Shown: positions 6,122 through 12,159 of the stretch, one piece after another
Position numbering within the stretch: the stretch's first letter is position 1
Layout: each line of letters begins with the position of its first letter
NCBI GenBank assembly: GCA_039794085.1
Contig: JBDIWC010000083.1
Location: 1-12,159 of the forward strand
Direction of reading: 5' to 3'
DNA from: Gemmatimonadales bacterium
GTDB taxonomy: Bacteria; Gemmatimonadota; Gemmatimonadetes; Gemmatimonadales; GWC2-71-9
Length of the DNA stretch: 12,159 bases
Notes under the pieces: model-generated
Database searches by the model: none
What the model was told of the DNA's origin: nothing
What the model saw: the letters and a program-made list of their open reading frames with translations, nothing else
Translations under genes and position numbers: made by a program

Positions 6122-8968
6122 CGCCCGCTCCTCGGCGCCCTGGTGATTCTGCTCGCCGCGTGCGGATCGGGGCCGGGGACGGACCCTGTCCCACGGCCCT
6201 CCTCCGCCGATCTCGAGGAGATCCTCGCGGGACTGTCGCCCCGGGACCAGGTGGCACAACTCATCATGCCGTTCACACCCGGAAGTTACAGCGGTTACGA
6301 CGCGGAAGCATTGGACCGGCTCCGGCTCTGGGTGGACGAGCTGCATGTGGGGGGGATCATCGCGTCCATCGGTTCCCCCCTCGACATCGCCGCCCGGCTC
6401 AATCACCTGCAGTCGCTGTCCACCCTTCCCCTTCTGGTGGCCAGTGATCTGGAAGGGGGAAGCGCCTCCCGGTTCACGGGAGGGACCGCCTTTCCCACCA
6501 ACATGGGGGTCGCGGCCACGGGACGGCTGGAGGACGCCTGGGCCATGGGCCGGATCACGGCCCGGGAGGCCCGGGCCGTCGGGATCCACATGGCCTTCGC
6601 CCCGGTGGCGGACGTCAACAGCAACCCGGCCAACCCGATCATCAACACCCGCTCCTTCGGCTCCGATCCAACCCGGGTGGGACGCCTCGTGGCGGAGACG
6701 GTTCGCGGCATGGAGGAGAACGGACTCTTCGCGACGGTGAAGCACTTCCCCGGCCACGGGGACACCGACACCGATTCCCACCTCGGCCTCCCCGAGGTGA
6801 ACGCTCCCTGGTCCCGGCTCTCCCGGGTAGAGCTTCCTCCCTTCGAGGCGGCGATCCGGGCCGGCGTCACGGGAGTGATGTCGGGACACATTGCGCTCCC
6901 CGCCCTCGATCCCGCACGGCGGCCGGCCACCCTCGTCCCCGGCATCCTCACCGGGATTCTCCGCGACAGTCTCGGGTTCGGGGGCGTCATCGTGACGGAT
7001 GCGCTCGACATGGGCGCGCTCCAGGGGCCCCGAAGCCCCGGGGAAGTGGCGATCCAGGCCTTCCTCGCCGGCGCCGACATCCTGCTGATGCCGACCGACC
7101 CCGCCGTGGTGATCGACGCGATGGTGGACGCGGTGGAGAGGGGACGGATCCCGCATCGCCGTCTCGAGGCGTCGGTGCGCCGGATCCTCGCGCTCAAGCA
7201 CCGGGCGGGGCTCTTCCGAACCCGCATGGTCTCACTCGACGCGATCCCCGAGGTGGTGGGCTCCCGAGCCCACCTCGCGGTGGCCGACAGCGTGGCCGGC
7301 CGCTCCCTGGTCCTGCTCCGCAACCGCGATGGAGTCCTGGACGAGATGCGGTCCCCCACAGGCGATGTGGCCATCATCACCTGGAGCGATGGACCGGAGG
7401 CGGCCACGCTCGGCACCACCCTGCACCGAGCCCTGGTGGAGCGGAGTGTCCCCCTCCGTCCCATCACGCGGCTCTCCCCCACCAGCACCCCGCAGGAGTG
7501 GGCCGCGGCGGAAGCCACCGCCGGCCTCGCCACGCACACGATCTGGCTGGTGGCCAGCCGCCGGGGTACCGCCCCAACCGACTCGACCCTTCCCGAGCCG
7601 CTCCGCCGGCATCTCCACCAGAGCGGGGTCACTCCCCGGAGCTCGCTCATGGTGGTGATGGGAAGCCCCTATGTGCTGGGGAGGGCATTCGGGTTCCGGG
7701 GCGTCATGCTGGCGTGGGCCCCCACTCCGGTGCAGGAGCGCGCGGTCGCTCGAGTTCTGGAAGGGGCCCCGGTGACGGGACGTTCTCCCGTGACGATCCC
7801 GGAGATGGCCACTGTCGGACTCGGTCTCGACCTTCCGGCCCACTCCTGGGCCCCGCTCGACGCCCTCGTCGACTCGGCGATCGCGAGCGGAGTCGCTCCG
7901 GGCGCGGTGCTCGGCGTTTCAGTGCATGGGAATCGCCACCTCCACGGTACCGGGCGCCTCGGCCTCGGGATGTCGCAGCGTCCCGACGGGAACACCGTGT
8001 ACGACCTCGCCTCGCTCACCAAGGTCGTGGCTCTCACCACCGCGGCGCTGTTTCAGGTGCAGCAGGGACGTCTCCTTCTCGGCGCGCCGGTCCAGCAGTA
8101 CCTCCCCGAGTTCACCGGACCGGGAAAGGACCAGGTTCTGGTGAGGCACCTCTTCACCCATGAGAGCGGACTCCCGGCGGGCCGGCCCCTCTATCGTGAA
8201 ACCACCTCCCGGGACTCGGCCCTCGCCCTCGCCAACCGGACACCCCTCGACACCACACCGGGCACCCGGTTCCGGTACTCCGATCTGGGCGCCATCGTGG
8301 CCACCCAGGTGGTCGAGCGGGTCGGCGGCGCCCCGCTCCCGGAGTTGCTGCGCCACGGGGTCTTCCAGTGGCTGCGGATGACCTCGACCACCTGGAATCC
8401 ACCCGCCGAATGGCGTTCCCGCATCGCCCCCACCGAGGATGACCCGTGGCGCGGGAGAATCATCCATGGAGAGGTGCATGACGAGAACGCCGCCCGCCTC
8501 GACGGCGTGTCGGGGCATGCGGGTCTCTTCAGTTCCACCAACGACCTTCTCACCTTCGGGGAGTGGTTGCTCCGTGGCTTCCGCGGCCTGGAGTATCCGG
8601 ATTGTCCCCCCTCGCGCCCGTCGTGCGGCGCCCCCCCGCCTCCTCCCCTCGTTCACATGTTCTGGCAGCGCCAGGGATCGGCCCCGGGGTCTAGCCGCGC
8701 ATTCGGGTGGGACACGCCGTCCGGAACCAACAGTGCCGGCACCCTGATGTCCGATGTGGCCTTTGGGCATACCGGCTTCACCGGCACCTCGCTCTGGATC
8801 GATCCGGGCCTCGGCCTCGTCCTCGTCCTGTTGACCAACCGGGTCCACCCCTCACGCTCCGGTACCGGGATCGCGGCCCTCCGCCGGGCCGTGGCGGACC
8901 GAGCCGTCCTGCTGATCCGGACCTACGGCCTGGCCCCCCGCCCCGATCCTCTTCTGCGCGGACGCTGA
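5993..8968 (+). CDS. nagZ: GH3 beta-N-acetylglucosaminidase (NagZ) fused to a C-terminal serine hydrolase of beta-lactamase fold (AmiE-like); predicted lipoprotein; start uncertain (ATG 5993 or GTG 6143)
   Basis: GH3 part: DLEGG, APVADV, RSFG, KHFPGHG (6740), DSH dyad (6773), TDALDM nucleophile region (6995). Serine hydrolase part: SLTK (8012), YSD (8276), VHDENA-GHAGLFS, GHTGFTG. Lipobox LAAC with Cys at 6161. Confidence 0.9.
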   Translation: MDAVLHQHLEAGTYPGRDGRGLAPPTGPCREQGGARQAPGRGHRPLLGALVILLAACGSGPGTDPVPRPSSADLEEILAGLSPRDQVAQLIMPFTPGSYSGYDAEALDRLRLWVDELHVGGIIASIGSPLDIAARLNHLQSLSTLPLLVASDLEGGSASRFTGGTAFPTNMGVAATGRLEDAWAMGRITAREARAVGIHMAFAPVADVNSNPANPIINTRSFGSDPTRVGRLVAETVRGMEENGLFATVKHFPGHGDTDTDSHLGLPEVNAPWSRLSRVELPPFEAAIRAGVTGVMSGHIALPALDPARRPATLVPGILTGILRDSLGFGGVIVTDALDMGALQGPRSPGEVAIQAFLAGADILLMPTDPAVVIDAMVDAVERGRIPHRRLEASVRRILALKHRAGLFRTRMVSLDAIPEVVGSRAHLAVADSVAGRSLVLLRNRDGVLDEMRSPTGDVAIITWSDGPEAATLGTTLHRALVERSVPLRPITRLSPTSTPQEWAAAEATAGLATHTIWLVASRRGTAPTDSTLPEPLRRHLHQSGVTPRSSLMVVMGSPYVLGRAFGFRGVMLAWAPTPVQERAVARVLEGAPVTGRSPVTIPEMATVGLGLDLPAHSWAPLDALVDSAIASGVAPGAVLGVSVHGNRHLHGTGRLGLGMSQRPDGNTVYDLASLTKVVALTTAALFQVQQGRLLLGAPVQQYLPEFTGPGKDQVLVRHLFTHESGLPAGRPLYRETTSRDSALALANRTPLDTTPGTRFRYSDLGAIVATQVVERVGGAPLPELLRHGVFQWLRMTSTTWNPPAEWRSRIAPTEDDPWRGRIIHGEVHDENAARLDGVSGHAGLFSSTNDLLTFGEWLLRGFRGLEYPDCPPSRPSCGAPPPPPLVHMFWQRQGSAPGSSRAFGWDTPSGTNSAGTLMSDVAFGHTGFTGTSLWIDPGLGLVLVLLTNRVHPSRSGTGIAALRRAVADRAVLLIRTYGLAPRPDPLLRGR

Positions 8969-8989
8969 GGACTTGTCGGTCGCCGGAAA

Positions 8990-9018
8990 TTGACACCTCC
9001 CCTCCGCTTCCTTAAGTT
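8990..9018 (+). promoter_or_regulatory. Sigma70-type promoter of the Fe-S carrier gene
   Basis: Consensus TTGACA (8990-8995), 17-nt spacer, TAAGTT (9013-9018), about 53 nt upstream of the ATG at 9072. Confidence 0.75.
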
Positions 9019-9071
9019 CATGAGCAGTCATTTGGCGCACCGGCAGGAGCCGATCACAAGGAGAAAGCCAC

Positions 9072-9437
9072 ATGGACACCACTCAGGACACGGCACAGAA
9101 CGGGGTGCAGGTCACCCTGACCGACGCCGCCGCCGCGGAGGTGCGCAAGTTCATCGAAGCCGAGCAGGTGTCGCTGGACACGGCGGGGCTCCGAGTGGCG
9201 GTGCTGCCCGGGGGATGCAGTGGCTTCAAGTACAGCCTGAACATCGAGGAACGCCCGCTGGAGGACGACGTGGTCCTGGCCTTGAACGACATCCGGGTCT
9301 TCGTCGACGCGTTCAGCCTCCAGTACCTGAACGGGGTCACGATCAATTATGTCACTTCGATGCAGGGCTCCGGATTCACCTTCGAGAACCCCAATGCCAC
9401 CGGCGGATGCGGGTGCGGAAGCAGCTTCACCGCCTGA
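9072..9437 (+). CDS. iscA: A-type iron-sulfur cluster carrier (HesB/IscA/ErpA family)
   Basis: LTDAAA, GGCSGFKY and NPNATGGCGCGSSF give the three conserved cysteines; AGGAG SD upstream. IscA versus ErpA cannot be separated by eye. Confidence 0.95.
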   Translation: MDTTQDTAQNGVQVTLTDAAAAEVRKFIEAEQVSLDTAGLRVAVLPGGCSGFKYSLNIEERPLEDDVVLALNDIRVFVDAFSLQYLNGVTINYVTSMQGSGFTFENPNATGGCGCGSSFTA

Positions 9438-9467
9438 ACCGGTGATCTGACCGACCGGTGCTTCTCT

Positions 9468-9500
9468 CGCGCGATCACGTTGTGGTCGCGCGTTTTCTTT
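9468..9500 (+). terminator. Intrinsic (rho-independent) terminator after iscA
   Basis: CGCGCGATCAC-GTT-GTGGTCGCGCG forms an 11-bp stem with one G.U pair, followed by TTTTCTTT, 30 nt after the iscA stop. Confidence 0.75.
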
Positions 9501-9517
9501 CGGCCGCAGGTCCCCCT

Positions 9518-11041
9518 TTGCCGGGCGGAGCGATTCTGTCCACACCCGACCTTGTCGTCCTCGTCCTCTACTTTGTGGTCACCCTCGGACTGGGTGTCCG
9601 CGCCTCGCGCCGCCAGACGACATCGTCGGATTATTTCCTCGGAGCCCGCGACCTCCCCGCCTGGATGGTTCTCCTCTCCATCGTGGCGACGGAAACCTCG
9701 GCGCTCACGGTGATCTCGGTTCCGGGCATCGGCGCCCGGGGCGACCTCACCTTTCTGCAACTGGCCTTCGGATACCTGCTGGGGCGGATCGGGGTGGCAC
9801 TCTGGCTCCTGCCGGGGTACTTCGCCGGTACCCAGGAGACGGCCTACACCCGCCTCGAGAACCGGTTCGGGGGTGGCACCCGGCGGCTGGTGTCCGCCAC
9901 GTTCATGGTCACCCGGTTTCTGGGAGACGGGGTCCGCATCTTTGCCGGCGCCATTCCCCTGACTGTGGTCACGGGGTGGAGGGTCCCGGTGTCCATCGTG
10001 GTGATGGGTTCGGTGACGCTGGTCTACACCTGGTTCGGGGGGCTCCGCGCCGTGGTCTGGGCCGACGTGCTGCAACTCACGGTCTACGTGACCGGAGGAG
10101 TCATCGCGCTGGGTGTCGCCTGGAGCCTGGCTGGTGGCCCCGCCGCCTCCTTTTTCGCCGCGGAGGAAGCCGCCAAGCTTCGGATAATCGTGCCCACCCT
10201 CTCCTGGACCACCCCGTACACCCTCATCGCCGGCCTCCTGGGCGGGGCACTCCTCAGTGCCGCCTCGCATGGCACCGACCACCTCATCGTGCAGCGCCTC
10301 CTCGCCACCCGGTCCCTCCGGGATGCGCGCATCGCTCTCGTGGGATCCGGGGTCGTGGTGATTCTGCAATTCACCCTCTTTCTCCTGCTGGGAGTGGCGA
10401 TCTGGAGTGCGGGAGCCGCGCCGGACGGGCTCGGATCGGACGCGATCTTTCCCCGTTTCATCCTCGATCATCTCCCGGCGGGCGTGTCGGGTCTTCTGAT
10501 CGCGGGCATTCTCGCCGCGGCGATGAGCACGATCAGTTCCTCCATCAATGCCCTCGCGGGCGCGGTCACCCACGACTTCTACGCTCCCCTGACCGGGGAG
10601 CGGGATCCCGCCATCCTGCTTCGGGTGGGACGCCGAGTCTCCCTGGTGTGGGGGGCGGGGCTGGTCGGGGCAGCCCTGGGGTTCTTCGGCATGTCCCGGG
10701 GACTCGACACTCCCGTGGTGGTCCTGGCTCTCAGCATCGCCTCCGTCACCTACGGCGCCCTGCTCGGCACCTATCTGCTGGCGGCCCGCTGGCCCCGGGC
10801 CCGGGGTCGGGATGTGGTCGCGGCCACGCTGGTGTCGGTCGTGGTCATGCTGGTCGTGGTGTTTGCCACGAGACTCTCCGCCTGGCCCCCGTTCTCCTGG
10901 CTCGAACCGGTGGGCCGCCTGGCGTGGCCCTGGTACGTGCCCCTCGGCACCGCTCTCACTCTCGCGGTCGGCGCGGGTTCGAGCCTCTTCCCCCTCCGTC
11001 CCCGCGTGGGTGCCGTGGTGACCGGGGAGGGCCGCACGTGA
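9518..11041 (+). CDS. Sodium:solute symporter (SSS family), probable amino-sugar transporter
   Basis: Many hydrophobic helices; motifs DYFLGAR, SIVATETSALT, YTWFGGLRAVVWAD, GTDHLIVQRLL and AAAMSTISSSINAL. Start is uncertain (GTG 9458, TTG 9518, or ATT/CTG 9533/9536). Confidence 0.9.
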   Translation: MPGGAILSTPDLVVLVLYFVVTLGLGVRASRRQTTSSDYFLGARDLPAWMVLLSIVATETSALTVISVPGIGARGDLTFLQLAFGYLLGRIGVALWLLPGYFAGTQETAYTRLENRFGGGTRRLVSATFMVTRFLGDGVRIFAGAIPLTVVTGWRVPVSIVVMGSVTLVYTWFGGLRAVVWADVLQLTVYVTGGVIALGVAWSLAGGPAASFFAAEEAAKLRIIVPTLSWTTPYTLIAGLLGGALLSAASHGTDHLIVQRLLATRSLRDARIALVGSGVVVILQFTLFLLLGVAIWSAGAAPDGLGSDAIFPRFILDHLPAGVSGLLIAGILAAAMSTISSSINALAGAVTHDFYAPLTGERDPAILLRVGRRVSLVWGAGLVGAALGFFGMSRGLDTPVVVLALSIASVTYGALLGTYLLAARWPRARGRDVVAATLVSVVVMLVVVFATRLSAWPPFSWLEPVGRLAWPWYVPLGTALTLAVGAGSSLFPLRPRVGAVVTGEGRT

Positions 11042-11949
11042 GCAATCCTGCCCGCGGGGCACCCTGGCTCGCCGGAGCCGATGTCGGAGGGTCGCGCATT
11101 CGCATTGTCGTGGCCCGGGGCGATGTGGAGGTCACCCGGTGTGAGGCCCCGCGCGCGGCGCCGAACCTGTCCCCCCGGACCGCCACCCTGCTGGCCAACG
11201 AGATCGCCACCGTACTCCATCAGGCCGCCCGGGAGGCCGGGACGGAGAGAATCGATCACCTCGTGGTGGGTGCGGCCGGCGCGGGCCGCGAACCGGAGCG
11301 CGAGGCACTGCACCGCGAACTGGTGGCGTGGGACTCCGCCGGAACCGTGCGGGTGACCACCGACCTGGAGATTGCCCTGGTGTCGGCGTTCGGGGTGGAG
11401 GACCCGGGAATGCTCCTGGTGGCGGGCACGGGCAGCGCCGGAGTGGCCCGGGTCGGCGGAAGGCGCCTCGTGCGGGTGGGTGGCCTCGGGTGGCGGATGG
11501 GAGACGAGGGGGGAGGATATGCCATCGGATGCGCAGCACTCCGGGCGGTGGGCCAAGCCATGGACGGGCGCGGAACGCCGACTCGTCTCTCGCAGCAGAT
11601 CCCCCTCTCCCTGGGTCTGGACGGGGAGAAGCTGGTGCGCTGGGCGGGCAATGCCCGGGTCCGGGAGGTGGCGGCGCTGGCCCCGCTCGTGGTCGCCGCG
11701 GCCGATCACGACCCCGTGGCCCGGACCATCGTGGCCCAAGCCGCCCGCGACCTTGCCCATGTCGTGACCGCTCTCGGGGAGCGCACCGGAGGAGGACTGG
11801 CCCTCGCGCTCACCGGGGGACTCCTGCACGAGGAGACCGCCTTGGGGCGGGAACTCTCCGGTCGGCTGGCGCGGGATGTGCCGGGACTCCGCATCCTCGG
11901 GACGGTGGACCCGCTGCTGGGGGCGCTGCGGCTGGCCAATGACCAATGA
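11038..11949 (+). CDS. BadF/BadG/BcrA/BcrD-type sugar kinase, probable N-acetylglucosamine/N-acetylmuramic acid kinase (MurK-like)
   Basis: The GTG at 11038 overlaps the symporter stop (GTGA) and has a GGGGAGG SD. Motifs DVGGS, VGAAGAG, TDLEIAL, VAGTGS, GGLGWRMGDEGGGY and LTGGL. Confidence 0.88.
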   Translation: MSNPARGAPWLAGADVGGSRIRIVVARGDVEVTRCEAPRAAPNLSPRTATLLANEIATVLHQAAREAGTERIDHLVVGAAGAGREPEREALHRELVAWDSAGTVRVTTDLEIALVSAFGVEDPGMLLVAGTGSAGVARVGGRRLVRVGGLGWRMGDEGGGYAIGCAALRAVGQAMDGRGTPTRLSQQIPLSLGLDGEKLVRWAGNARVREVAALAPLVVAAADHDPVARTIVAQAARDLAHVVTALGERTGGGLALALTGGLLHEETALGRELSGRLARDVPGLRILGTVDPLLGALRLANDQ

Positions 11950-11998
11950 GCAATGACCAATGACCAATGACCAATGACCAATGACCAATGACCAATGA
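11936..11998. repeat. Heptanucleotide tandem repeat (CCAATGA) x9, STRR-like
   Basis: Nine consecutive units; the third (11950-11956) is the variant GCAATGA. The reverse strand reads TTGGTCA repeats. Confidence 0.97.
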
Positions 11999-12059
11999 AC
12001 CCGGCACCTCCACCAGGGCATCGCCTCAGTTTCCTACTACCATGAGAAGGTCTTTCGTC

Positions 12060-12081
12060 AAGGGGCACCTTGGTGCCCTTT
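12060..12081. other. Stem-loop downstream of the kinase gene (possible terminator or structural element)
   Basis: AAGGGGCAC-CTTG-GTGCCCTTT: 9-bp stem with one G.U pair and a CUUG tetraloop; only a weak U-tract follows. Confidence 0.4.
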
Positions 12082-12159
12082 CGCTCCCTCTCTGCCAAGG
12101 GTGGGGACAGACTCCCTCCTCCCTGGACGGTGCCCAGGTCCTCGGATGCTTCTCCTGTC

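Noticed and set aside
6122..7201. N-terminal extension of the 773-aa minus-strand ORF
   Set aside because: Antisense shadow of the GH3 domain; namZ has a good SD and signal peptide at 6121.
7845..8968. Beta-lactamase antibiotic-resistance gene
   Set aside because: The fold motifs are shared with AmiE-type amidases and esterases; fusion to NagZ and the neighbourhood point to cell-wall recycling.
9072..9437. Functional link between IscA and lipoylation of the E2 subunit
   Set aside because: Plausible in principle because lipoyl synthase needs Fe-S clusters, but no lipA is in the window and the genes are about 8.7 kb apart in different transcription units.
9347..11062. 571-aa minus-strand ORF, and the upstream part of the 9976-11949 ORF
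   Set aside because: Shadow or alternate frames of the symporter; the kinase begins at GTG 11038.
11936..11998. Repeat read as a CRISPR array, or as SLVIGHW repeat proteins (ORFs 10771-12021, 11706-12098, 11810-12013)
   Set aside because: The units are 7 nt with no spacers and no cas genes; the peptide repeat is simply the translation of the heptamer on the stop-free strand.
12000..12159. Riboswitch (for example glycine) or tRNA
   Set aside because: Only isolated GGAGA-like words are present; I could not build the consensus core or a cloverleaf on either strand.

Overview
GC-rich bacterial chromosomal window with dense coding; the gene styles suggest Gemmatimonadota, but that is an unverified inference. 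The left arm (minus strand, 4745->1) is a tightly packed probable operon: CDP-alcohol phosphatidyltransferase (PIP-synthase-like), inositol-3-phosphate synthase, a 96-aa hypothetical protein, then 2-oxoacid dehydrogenase E1-alpha, E1-beta and E2 (truncated at the window edge). The middle and right arm form a peptidoglycan/amino-sugar salvage cluster. It holds a NamZ (DUF1343) lipoprotein placed head-to-head, with essentially no intergenic space, against a NagZ(GH3)-AmiE-like fusion lipoprotein. An A-type Fe-S carrier gene with its own promoter and terminator follows, then a sodium:solute symporter coupled to a BadF-type GlcNAc/MurNAc kinase. The kinase stop codon lies inside a 9-copy CCAATGA heptamer array. 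No rRNA, tRNA, CRISPR array or transposase was recognised.
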